Below, piece by piece: positions 9,169 to 21,021 of a stretch of DNA of 64,000 nucleotides. Made by a program: the position numbers and the translations under genes. Each line of letters begins with the position of its first letter. The first letter of the stretch is position 1. The notes under the pieces were generated by a model. That model was not told the DNA's origin, searched no databases, and saw only the letters and a program-made list of their open reading frames with translations. The DNA comes from an uncultured Gemmatimonadales bacterium (GTDB lineage: Bacteria; Gemmatimonadota; Gemmatimonadetes; Longimicrobiales; Gaopeijiaceae): the NCBI GenBank assembly GCA_963809895.1, contig CAWELD010000003.1, positions 2,336,001 to 2,400,000 on the forward strand, written 5' to 3'.

Positions 9169-11405
9169 GAGCCCTTCACCACCCCCGTGGCCCGGCGCAC
9201 CAGCGCCGTGACCCGGTCCAGGGCGGCAGCGACCTCGTCCACATAGGTGGCCACCTCGTCGAAATGGCGCTCCTCGATGCCCTCGCGGATGCCCGGCAGT
9301 GTCTTCACCCCGTAGCCCGTGTAGAAGCCCGGCGCGTAGATCATGTGCCGGAACCAGGGTCGCCGCGGCAGCCCCCCTTCGCGGGTCATGAGACGCTCGG
9401 CCTGGAGCAGCATGCCGTTCAGGCGCTGCTGCCGGCCGGCGGTCAGCCCTCCGCCGGCCAACGCCGCCGCCAGGGCCTGGTCGTACGCCTTCGCGGCCTC
9501 CTGCAACGAGGCCTGGGCGTTCTCGACGGGTGCAAAGTTGAGATACGGTACGGCCGCCTGGCGCTCCGGCGGGAACCAGGTCTCGGTGGGATCGGCGGTC
9601 ACGGTGTAGGCGCCCGCATCCAGGAGCCGATTGCGCGTGGCGGTCTCGGTGCGCATGTGGTCCGCCAGCTCCTGCACCTCGTCGGCGTACTCAGACACCC
9701 GGTCCGCGAAGTTCGTGAAGCGGTACGGGATCACGTCGGCGTTGGCCAGCCGGAGCGTCGCCCGGCCCGCCACCTTCGCCAGGGCGACGCCGTACTCGAA
9801 GGTGGGATCGCCGAAGCGGACGAAGTGATCGAAGGAGTCGAACTGTGAGTGGTAGGACCCACCACCGCCCTCGCCACCGAAGCCGATGTTCAGCGAGGGA
9901 ATCCCCAGGTGCTGGAGGAAGGGCGTGTAGTCCGAGCCGGACCCCAGGGGCGAGATGGTCAGGTCGGTGCGGGTGAGGGCATCGGCCTCGCCGCCCACCG
10001 CGGCCCGCGCCCGCCGGCGCTCGTCGACGGTGACGTCGGTCTGGGGATCCGGCACCCCGACGCCGAGCTGGTTGGCGAACCGCTCGAGGATGTGCGAGCC
10101 CCCGATCCCCAGAAAGCCGCGGGAGTTGCCGTCGGAGTTGATGTAGGCCACCGCCTTGGCCCGCAGCTCGTCGGCGTGGTCTTCGACCCATTCCGTCGAG
10201 CCCAGCAGGCCCGGCTCCTCGGCGTCCCAGGCGGCGTACACGATGGTGCGCCGCGGACGCACACCGGCCTGCGCCAGCTCACCCACGGCCCGCGCCTCGG
10301 CCAGCAACCCGACCAGCCCCGAGATGGGATCCCCCGCTCCCATGGCCCAGCCGTCGCGGTGGTTGCCCCGCACAACCCACTCGTCGGGGAGGTCGGTCCC
10401 GGGCAGCACGGCGATGATGTCCCGGGCCGGCTTGAGGCTCCAGTCGAAGGCCAGCTGCAGGTGCACCCGGGCCGGCCCGGGACCCACGTGGTAGGTGATG
10501 GGCAGGGCGCCCCGCCACGAAGCCGGCGCCACCGGCCCCTCGAGCTGCTCCAGGAGCGGCTGGGCGTCGGCGTAGGAGATGGGCAACACCGGGATCTTCA
10601 TGATCACCGGCGACTCCTCCACGGTGTAGCGCTCGGCGTCTTCGGTGGCGGCCACGCCCGGCGTGAGCGGATCGCCCGGGTACTGGGGCATGTCCTCCAC
10701 CGAGCCCCGCTGCACGCCCTCGGACATGCGGTAGGCGCCCTCGGGGTAGACGTCGCCCTGGAAGTAGCCGTCGTCGCGGGGATCCGAGTAGAGGATGCAA
10801 CCGATGGCGCCGTGCTCCGCCGCCACCTTGGGCTTGATGCCGCGCCACGATCCCCCGTAGCGCGCGATCACGATCTTGCCCGCCACGTCGATGCCGCGCC
10901 GCGCGAGCTCCTCGTAGTCGTCGGGGATGCCGTAGTTGACGTAGACCAGCTCGCCCTCGACGTCGCCGTCGGCCGAGTAGGCGTTGTAGGTCGGCAGACG
11001 TCCGGCGACACCCGAGGTCCCGTCCTCGTCGAGGACCGGCTCCGCCAGCGACGCCGTGAAGCGGACCGGGGCCGTCATCTCCAGGAGCCGCGTGGTGGGC
11101 AGGGGGAAGAGCACCTGATAGGTCTCCACCCGCGTCTCGAAGCCCCACGACCTGAACAGCCCGGCCAGGAACTCGGCGTTCTCCTCGTCACCGGGCGAGC
11201 CCACGTAGAAGGGCTTGTCGGTGAGCTCGCGCATCCATCCCCGCAGGTCGTCGGGGCGGAGCATGCCGTCGTAGCGGGCCTCCATCTCCCGCTGTGCCCG
11301 CGCCGACGCGGCGGCGAAGCCCCACAGCGGAGGAGCTTCCTGCTGTTGCGGCGTGAAGGCGAGGAGTGTCGTGACGACGACGGCGAGAACCGGGATGCGA
11401 CGCAT
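9165..11405 (-). CDS. M28 family peptidase (glutamate carboxypeptidase II-like; PA and TfR-dimerisation domains)
   Basis: Signal peptide; YVNYG PA domain; GNHRDGW, GAGDP, WDAEEPGLLGSTEW, GSGSDY, YHS, RPWFRHMIYAPG. Confidence 0.92.
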   Translation of the reverse strand: MRRIPVLAVVVTTLLAFTPQQQEAPPLWGFAAASARAQREMEARYDGMLRPDDLRGWMRELTDKPFYVGSPGDEENAEFLAGLFRSWGFETRVETYQVLFPLPTTRLLEMTAPVRFTASLAEPVLDEDGTSGVAGRLPTYNAYSADGDVEGELVYVNYGIPDDYEELARRGIDVAGKIVIARYGGSWRGIKPKVAAEHGAIGCILYSDPRDDGYFQGDVYPEGAYRMSEGVQRGSVEDMPQYPGDPLTPGVAATEDAERYTVEESPVIMKIPVLPISYADAQPLLEQLEGPVAPASWRGALPITYHVGPGPARVHLQLAFDWSLKPARDIIAVLPGTDLPDEWVVRGNHRDGWAMGAGDPISGLVGLLAEARAVGELAQAGVRPRRTIVYAAWDAEEPGLLGSTEWVEDHADELRAKAVAYINSDGNSRGFLGIGGSHILERFANQLGVGVPDPQTDVTVDERRRARAAVGGEADALTRTDLTISPLGSGSDYTPFLQHLGIPSLNIGFGGEGGGGSYHSQFDSFDHFVRFGDPTFEYGVALAKVAGRATLRLANADVIPYRFTNFADRVSEYADEVQELADHMRTETATRNRLLDAGAYTVTADPTETWFPPERQAAVPYLNFAPVENAQASLQEAAKAYDQALAAALAGGGLTAGRQQRLNGMLLQAERLMTREGGLPRRPWFRHMIYAPGFYTGYGVKTLPGIREGIEERHFDEVATYVDEVAAALDRVTALVRRATGVVKGS

Positions 11406-11489
11406 GGCCTGCGCTCCGATGAGTGTGATCCAGAGAGGGGGGCATGATGGGACGGCGGGGCGGACCGTGCCAGGGGCCGACCACCGCGA

Positions 11490-11542
11490 GCAAACCTTTG
11501 CGGCGCTCGCGGCATCCCACTACATGTCATTCGCCTATAGGC
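11490..11542 (+). promoter_or_regulatory. ECF-like promoter (AAC-N16-GCATC) plus palindrome GCCTATAGGC upstream of padR-1
   Basis: AAC 11493-11495; GCATC 11512-11516; perfect palindrome 11533-11542 ending 29 nt before the ATG; same layout upstream of padR-3. Confidence 0.55.
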
Positions 11543-11571
11543 ATCTCGCATCGTCGAATTACGAGCCGTCC

Positions 11572-11916
11572 ATGAACGCGCACGATCATCTGCCCCTGAA
11601 CCCGAGGGTGCTGGCGCTCCTGCTGGCCCTGGGCGAGGGTCCTCGCCACGGCTACGCCCTCATGCTGGCCGTGGAGGAGACCTCCGGGGGCGCGATCTCG
11701 CTGGATCCGGGATCGCTGTACCGGCACCTCTCCCGCCTCGAGAGCGACGGCATCCTCGAAGAGATGGAGGCGCCGCGGGACGAGGAGAGTCCGGATCCGC
11801 GCCGACGCTACTACGGGCTCACCCGCCTGGGGCGGTCGGTGGTGGCGGCGGAGACCCGCCGGCTGCGAGCGCTCCTCCCGGAAGGGGAGGCCCTCCGGCA
11901 TCTGGAGGAGGGATGA
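11572..11916 (+). CDS. PadR-family transcriptional regulator (padR-1)
   Basis: LLLAL.EGPRHGYAL, PGSLYRHLSRLESDG, RRRYYGLTRLGR; ATG 11572 chosen over the longer ORF. Confidence 0.9.
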   Translation: MNAHDHLPLNPRVLALLLALGEGPRHGYALMLAVEETSGGAISLDPGSLYRHLSRLESDGILEEMEAPRDEESPDPRRRYYGLTRLGRSVVAAETRRLRALLPEGEALRHLEEG

Positions 11917-14561
11917 CGCCGCGCTGGGTACGGGCGTATCGACTCCTCCTGACGCTCTACCCGCCCGCCTACCGGAGGCGGTACGGGGATCCCATGGAGG
12001 AGGTCTTCCAGCGCGCGCTGGAATCGGCTCGGCAACGGGGGGCCGCGGCCGTGGCGAAGCTCGCGCTCCGGACGGCGTGGGACCTGGCAACCAACGTTCC
12101 GGCGTTGTGGTGGCGCTCGCTGCGCTCCCGCGGTGCGGACGAGACGGGGAGGACGGGAATGAGGACACGACTGGACGAGGTGCTCGCCGACATTCGCCAT
12201 GCGCTTCGGGGCCTGCGACGCAATCCGGGGTTCGCGGCGGTGGCGCTCCTGACGCTGGGTGTGGGAATCGGCGCCGGGTCCGCGCTCTTCTCCATCCTGC
12301 ATCCGGTCCTGCTGGCCCCCCTGCCCTTTTCCGACGGCGACCGTGTGGTTCTGGTGGAGAACTCACCGCGCCCGGGCACGCGGTTCGTGGGGCTGTCGGA
12401 CCCCTTCTTCGCCGTCATCGCGGACGCCGAGGCCCCGTTCCGGGCGTCGGCCTCCCTGTCGCCGGCCACCGTCAACGTCGGGGGCGAGGATCGCCCGGAG
12501 CGTGTCCAGGCCATGCGGGTCTCGGGCGGGTTCTTCCAGGCCGTGCGGGTGGCGCCGCTCCTGGGCCGGGTGCTGGGGCCCGACGACGACGCCCCGGGCT
12601 CCGACGACGCCGTGGTCATCTCCGAGGGATTGTGGACCCGACGCTTCGCCCGGGACCCCGGCGTGGTGGGCAGCACGGTGCTGGTGGACGGACGTCCCCG
12701 CGCGGTGGTCGGCGTTCTCCCGGACGATTTCCGGTTCTTCGCCGACGCCGACGCCTGGATGCCCCTGGCCCTGGACCCCGCGGTGCTGGCCGACCCCGCC
12801 CGGGCAGTGAACAACAATCGCGTGGTGGTGGGGCTCCTCGAACCGGGCCAATCGCTGCGCACGGCCGAGGTGGCGCTGCAGCCCGTGGCAGCGCGCATCC
12901 GCACGCGCTTTCCCGATGCCGCCGGCGAGGAGCAGGGGCTCCGCCTGGTGGGATACCGGGACTGGCTCGTGTCCGGCATCCGCCAGGGACTGCTCCTCCT
13001 CGCGGGCGCGGTGCTCCTGGTCCTGATGGTCGCGTGCGCCAACCTGGCGAACCTCCTGCTGGTGCGAAACGAGGGGCGTCACCAGGAGATGGCCGTGCGC
13101 GCGGCGTTGGGAGCGGGACGCCTGCGCCTGGCGCGTCAACTCGCCACGGAGAGCCTGGTGCTCGGCACTCTGGGAGGGCTGCTGGGCCTGGGAATCGGCC
13201 AACTCACGCTCACGCTGCTCCGCCCCCTGGTGCCCGCCGAGCTGGGGCTGCCCGCCCACATCCCGCTCAGCCCCACGGTGCTGGCGTTCACGCTGGCGTT
13301 GGGGCTGGCCACGGGACTCCTCTTCGGCGTGGCGCCGGCGCTGCTCAGGCTCCGGCGGCGGCGGGGCGCATCCGGCTTGCGGGGCTCGACCGCCCGCTCC
13401 GGCTTGCGTAGCGGGCTGGTGGTGGCGCAGGTCGGCGTGACCGCCCTGCTCCTGGTGGGGGCCGGCCTGATGGTGCGCTCGCTGGCGAGGCTCGGCAACG
13501 TCGATCCAGGCTTCCAGGCCTCCGGACGCTGGACCATGGACCTGGTCCTTTCCCGTTCGGGCTACCCGGACGACGAATCGGTGGCCGCCTTCGCTCGCCA
13601 GCTCACCTCCGAGGCGGCGGCGCTGCCCGGCGTGGGAACGGCGGCGATGGCCCAGGACCTGCCGCTGCGCAGCGGCAGCAACTGGGGATTCACCGTGGAA
13701 GGCCAGCCCGACGCCGGCGTGCGCATCGCGGACTACGATCTGGTGGGGCCGGGCTATTTCTCCACCATGGGGATCCCGCTTCTGCAGGGGCGCGACTTCC
13801 GGTGGGAAGACGTCGACGGCACGGCGCCGGTGATCGTGAGCGCCTCGCTGGCCCAGGAGCTCTGGCCCGACGAGAATCCCCTGGGACGTCGCATCAACGT
13901 CAACGTGGACCACACCGTCTGGCGCGAGGTCGTGGGCGTGGCGGCCGACGTGCACAACCGTTCCCTGGCGCGGGAGCCCGACGCCATGATGTACTTTCCG
14001 CCGGTGGACCTGCCCTTCGCGGACCCTCTCCGCCTCACCCTGGTGCTGGCGGCGCCGGCCCCTCCGTCGATCCCGGCGGTGCACCGGCTGCTGAGCAACC
14101 TGGACGGGAGCATCCCACCCGAGAGCCTCGAGCCCCTGTCGGCTCTGGTGGCAGCGTCCGAGGCCCGGCGGCGCTTCCTCATGGGCCTCCTGTCGACCTT
14201 CGCGGTGATCACGCTGGTCCTGGCCGGCGTCGGCCTCTACGGCGTGGTGGCCTACACGGTGGCGTCGCGCAGCCGGGAGCTGGGCGTACGCATGGCGCTG
14301 GGTGCGGAGCCCGCGCGCGTGCGCGCCATGGTGCTCCGACAGGGAGCCGTCCTGGCCGTGGGCGGGCTGGCGCTGGGCCTTCCGGCGGCGCTGCTGGCGA
14401 GTCGATTCGTGTCGGCTTTCCTCTACGGGGTGCCCGCCACGGATCCCGTCACCTACGCGGCGGTGGGCGCCGGCCTGGTGGCCGTGGCGCTCCTGGCCAC
14501 GGCGCTCCCCGCGCGCAGAGCGACGCGGCTGGACCCGGCCCGCACGCTGCGCACCGAGTGA
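11913..14561 (+). CDS. Duplicated MacB/FtsX-type ABC permease (ADOP-like) no. 1
   Basis: DIRHALRGLRRNPGF, TLGVGIGA, ACANLANLLL, EMAVRAALGAGR, second half RELGVRMALGA, DPARTLRTE; ATGA overlap with padR-1. Confidence 0.92.
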   Translation: MTPRWVRAYRLLLTLYPPAYRRRYGDPMEEVFQRALESARQRGAAAVAKLALRTAWDLATNVPALWWRSLRSRGADETGRTGMRTRLDEVLADIRHALRGLRRNPGFAAVALLTLGVGIGAGSALFSILHPVLLAPLPFSDGDRVVLVENSPRPGTRFVGLSDPFFAVIADAEAPFRASASLSPATVNVGGEDRPERVQAMRVSGGFFQAVRVAPLLGRVLGPDDDAPGSDDAVVISEGLWTRRFARDPGVVGSTVLVDGRPRAVVGVLPDDFRFFADADAWMPLALDPAVLADPARAVNNNRVVVGLLEPGQSLRTAEVALQPVAARIRTRFPDAAGEEQGLRLVGYRDWLVSGIRQGLLLLAGAVLLVLMVACANLANLLLVRNEGRHQEMAVRAALGAGRLRLARQLATESLVLGTLGGLLGLGIGQLTLTLLRPLVPAELGLPAHIPLSPTVLAFTLALGLATGLLFGVAPALLRLRRRRGASGLRGSTARSGLRSGLVVAQVGVTALLLVGAGLMVRSLARLGNVDPGFQASGRWTMDLVLSRSGYPDDESVAAFARQLTSEAAALPGVGTAAMAQDLPLRSGSNWGFTVEGQPDAGVRIADYDLVGPGYFSTMGIPLLQGRDFRWEDVDGTAPVIVSASLAQELWPDENPLGRRINVNVDHTVWREVVGVAADVHNRSLAREPDAMMYFPPVDLPFADPLRLTLVLAAPAPPSIPAVHRLLSNLDGSIPPESLEPLSALVAASEARRRFLMGLLSTFAVITLVLAGVGLYGVVAYTVASRSRELGVRMALGAEPARVRAMVLRQGAVLAVGGLALGLPAALLASRFVSAFLYGVPATDPVTYAAVGAGLVAVALLATALPARRATRLDPARTLRTE

Positions 14562-14593
14562 GCGCCCCGGGGGCGCCTCCAGGCGCTCACTCG
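14555..14593. repeat. 12-bp inverted repeat containing both stop codons of the convergent permeases; possible bidirectional terminator
   Basis: CGAGTGAGCGCC 14555-14566 and GGCGCTCACTCG 14582-14593. Confidence 0.65.
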
Positions 14594-17142
14594 TCGCGGA
14601 GCACCTGCGCCGGATCGGAGCGGGCGGCGGCGCGTGCCGGCAGGCTCGTCGCCGAGACCGCGGCCAGCCCCAGGAGGACGGCGGCCAGGGCGTAGGCCCG
14701 CGGGTCGCCCGCGTCCAGCCCCGGAACCTGACTGGCCAGCGACCGGATGCCCAGCCACGCCAGGACCACGCCCGCCACCATGCCGACCACCACGGTTCGT
14801 GCGCTCCCGTACATAACCCAGCGGTAGAGGGTGGCTGGGCGGGCGCCGAGGGACAGCCGGATTCCGAACTCCCGACGTCGGACGCGGGCCACCTGCGCCA
14901 CCACGCCGTAGAGCCCCACCACGGCCAACAGGGCCGCGGCCGCGGCGAAGCAGGTCAACAGCAGCGCGGTCAGACGCTCCCGGGCCAGCGCGGCCGAAAA
15001 GAGGTCCTCGACCCGGTCGACCTTCACCACCGGGAGCTCCGCATCGACGGAGCGGATCGCGGCTCGGATCTCGGACACCAGCGCGTCGAGGTCGCCCGAG
15101 CCCCGGACGAGCAGGGTTCGTCCCGACGCCGCCTGACCGACCTCGTAGATCTGGCCGTAGTCCGGCGCGTTCAGCCCTCCCCACGCCAGCACGTCGCCCA
15201 CCACGCCCACCACCGTGCCCCAGGGGGCGTCGGATCCCATGCGAAAGCCCCGGCCCACGGCGTCACCGTCCGGCGGGAAGTAGCGGCGCGCCGTCGACTC
15301 GCCCATCAGCCAGAGCTGCTCGCCGGCGTCGCGGTCCTCCTCCTGAAAGCCCCGCCCTCGGAGCACCGGCAGGCGAAGCGTCTCCACGTAGCCGGGACCC
15401 ACCGATGCACCGAAGAGGACCTCACGCGGCGTCGAGGGATCCGGCTCGGGCCCGCCCTCGGCCTGGGGATGACCGAAGTAGATCCCCACCGAAGGCGGCA
15501 CCCCACTGGCGATCACCGCGCTCTCCACCGCCCCGAGCGCCTCCACACGGGCCTGGATCGCCCGATTGGCCGCGGCGAGTTCGTCCTCCGTGGAGAAGCG
15601 CCAATCCGGAAGCCGGTACTGCACGGCCACCAGGCCCCGATCCTGGAAGCCGACGTCGCGGGACTGCGCATCGAGGAGGGTGGTGGTGACCTTGACCGCG
15701 GCCACCAGCAGCACGAACGAGAGGGCCACCTCCACCGTGACCAGCACCCGTCGCGCGCGGGCCACCCCCGCCGAGGCGGAGTGCCGCCCGCCACCGACAA
15801 GCTCGCCCACCCGCCCTCGCCCTACCCGCAGCGACGGCACCAGACCGAACACCAGCAACGACGTCGCGGTGGCCAGGATGGCGAAGGCCAGAACCCGCCC
15901 GTTCAGGACGAGACCGTCCAGCAGGGTCAGCGCGTCTGGCCGCACCCGCGGCAGGACCGCCACGGCCAGACGGGCGAGGCCCAGGCCCAGCGCGGCCGCC
16001 AGGCTGGCGAGCACGACGCTCTCCATGAGCTGTTGGCGGGCGAGGCGACCCCGCGAGGCACCCAGCGCCGCACGTACGGCCGCCTCGCTGCTGCGAGCCT
16101 CGGAGCGCGCCAGGAGCAGCCCGGCCACGCTGGCGCAGGCCATGGCCAGAAGGAGGGCCACGGCGGCCATGAGGATGGTCATGGGTCCCCGGAGCGAGCG
16201 CGTCTCCAACTCCCCGGCCGGAACGATCTCCAGCTCGCCCTGCGCGCCGGCTTCGGAGCGGGCCTGGTTGATGCCCGCCAGCCGTTCCCGGGCCACGGAC
16301 AGCGTCGTTCCCGGCGCGAGACGCCCCAGGATCAGGCTGATTCCCAGCGAACCGTTTCGCGCCATGGGCACCCACACATCGGTGGGCTGGGCGCTGGGAC
16401 TCGGGAAGTGAAGCGTGCGAGGCGCCACCCCCACCACGGTCCAGGGCTCACCGTCCAGACGCAGCGTGCTACCCACCACGTCACCCGCGCCCAGGCGGTG
16501 CCAGAGCCCCTCGGAAAGCACCACCACGTGCCGCCCCTCGTCGTCGGGCTGGAGGAGTCTGCCCCGAAGTGGGGCGACGCCCACGATGTCCACGAACCCC
16601 GGGTCCACCCAGACGGCGGCGACGGACTCGGGCTCTCCGCGGCCCGACAGGATCATGGGCTGCTGCGAGAAGGCCACCAACGCGTCGAAGAGACCGTCGG
16701 CGTCACGCAGCGACTCCCGGGCATCCAGGTCGGGGCTGGTACGGAGGGAGGGCCCCATCCGGCGCCAGACGTTCACGAGCCGATCCGCTTGTGGCAGATC
16801 CACCGGCCTGAGCATCACCCGGTCCAGGGCGCTGAACAGGGCGGTGGCGGCGCCGATCCCCAGCCCGAGCGTCACGACGGCGGTGACGGTTGTGCCGGGA
16901 GCCCGCCGTAGCGAGCGCACGGCCGCTCTCAGGTCGTCCACGCCCCCTCGCCGCGCCCGGGACCACCGCAGGCGAAGGGCGGTCGAGACCACGTCACGCC
17001 CTTCGCCCAGCCACAGGGCGACACGGCCGAGCGGCGATCCCGCCCGTTGCAGACGCTCGCGAAAGGTGGCCTCCATGGCGACGCCGTGGCGGCGGCGAAA
17101 CGAGGCGGGCAGCAGGAGCCGAAGCAGCCGGTGGAGCATCAC
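14587..17142 (-). CDS. Duplicated MacB/FtsX-type ABC permease (ADOP-like) no. 2
   Basis: TLGLGIGAATALFS, EAAVRAALGASR, REFGIRLSLGA, DPAQVLRDE; GTGA overlap with padR-2. Confidence 0.92.
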   Translation of the reverse strand: MMLHRLLRLLLPASFRRRHGVAMEATFRERLQRAGSPLGRVALWLGEGRDVVSTALRLRWSRARRGGVDDLRAAVRSLRRAPGTTVTAVVTLGLGIGAATALFSALDRVMLRPVDLPQADRLVNVWRRMGPSLRTSPDLDARESLRDADGLFDALVAFSQQPMILSGRGEPESVAAVWVDPGFVDIVGVAPLRGRLLQPDDEGRHVVVLSEGLWHRLGAGDVVGSTLRLDGEPWTVVGVAPRTLHFPSPSAQPTDVWVPMARNGSLGISLILGRLAPGTTLSVARERLAGINQARSEAGAQGELEIVPAGELETRSLRGPMTILMAAVALLLAMACASVAGLLLARSEARSSEAAVRAALGASRGRLARQQLMESVVLASLAAALGLGLARLAVAVLPRVRPDALTLLDGLVLNGRVLAFAILATATSLLVFGLVPSLRVGRGRVGELVGGGRHSASAGVARARRVLVTVEVALSFVLLVAAVKVTTTLLDAQSRDVGFQDRGLVAVQYRLPDWRFSTEDELAAANRAIQARVEALGAVESAVIASGVPPSVGIYFGHPQAEGGPEPDPSTPREVLFGASVGPGYVETLRLPVLRGRGFQEEDRDAGEQLWLMGESTARRYFPPDGDAVGRGFRMGSDAPWGTVVGVVGDVLAWGGLNAPDYGQIYEVGQAASGRTLLVRGSGDLDALVSEIRAAIRSVDAELPVVKVDRVEDLFSAALARERLTALLLTCFAAAAALLAVVGLYGVVAQVARVRRREFGIRLSLGARPATLYRWVMYGSARTVVVGMVAGVVLAWLGIRSLASQVPGLDAGDPRAYALAAVLLGLAAVSATSLPARAAARSDPAQVLRDE

Positions 17143-17516
17143 GACCCTTCCTCCAGCGCCCCACGCAGGCCGCCGGGCACGAGGTCGCGCGCCGCCGCGG
17201 CCCGCAGGGTACGCAGCATGCGGGCGGACTCGGCACGCACCGCGTCGCGTCCCGCGTCGGTGATGCGGAAGTAGCGTCGGCGCTGGTCCTCGCCCGGCGC
17301 CGGCAGATCCGGTGAGCGCCGGATCAGGCCCTCGTCCTCCAATCGCTCCAGCGCCGCGTACAGCGTCCCCGTGCCCGGCCGCAGGAATCCCTCGGACTGG
17401 CGCTCCACCTCCTGCAGCAGGGCGTATCCGTGCAGGTCGTCCTCGGCCAGCGCCAGCAGGAGCGCCATGGTGAGGGGGGTCAGGGGCGTCGGGTCCTCGT
17501 CGGTGCGGCGGCTCAT
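17139..17516 (-). CDS. PadR-family regulator (padR-2)
   Basis: LLLALAEDDLHGYALL, GTGTLYAALERL, RRRYFRITDAGR; SD GAGGA 7 nt before ATG 17516. Confidence 0.9.
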   Translation of the reverse strand: MSRRTDEDPTPLTPLTMALLLALAEDDLHGYALLQEVERQSEGFLRPGTGTLYAALERLEDEGLIRRSPDLPAPGEDQRRRYFRITDAGRDAVRAESARMLRTLRAAAARDLVPGGLRGALEEGS

Positions 17517-17547
17517 GGGATGGTCCTCGCGGAGTATTCCGGCCATC

Positions 17548-17592
17548 TACTCAGATGATCGTAATAATGACAGCGTCCCGCGTCGCCGTCAA
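17548..17592 (-). promoter_or_regulatory. Sigma70-like promoter of padR-2 (TTGACG-N17-CATTAT) with operator-like site over the start
   Basis: -35 at 17592-17587; -10 at 17569-17564; ATTACGATCATCTGAGTA at 17565-17548. Confidence 0.6.
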
Positions 17593-18004
17593 CGCGGGGC
17601 GACCGGACCCGGTGCCGGGCCGGCGGGGTATCCAGAATTCGTCGAACCGCCTCTGGAGGTACGGGTGTCTCGAATGTCGCTGGTCGCCGTCCTGGCGCTG
17701 GGTCTCACCGGTTGCGCCCTCAACCGGGGACCGGAACGCATGCCCGACGGCGGGGAGGCCGACCAGGTCGAGATCCAGGTGAAGAACCACAATTTCGCGG
17801 ACGCCACGCTGCACGCCCTCAAGGGCGGCGAGCGCATCCGCCTGGGGATCGTGACCGGGAAGACGGACAAGAGCTTCCGGATCCCCTGGCGCTTCACGGT
17901 GCCGCTGCGGATCGAGATCGACCTCCTGGCCGGACCGGCCTGCGTCACCCGGTCCATGCAGGTGGATCCGGGAGACATCGTGGAGGTTCAGATCCGGGCG
18001 GTGC

Positions 18005-20984
<2,980 letters not shown>

Positions 20985-21021
20985 ACGGAACGGGCCGGTG
21001 GCCCCCGGGGAGTCCGGGGGC

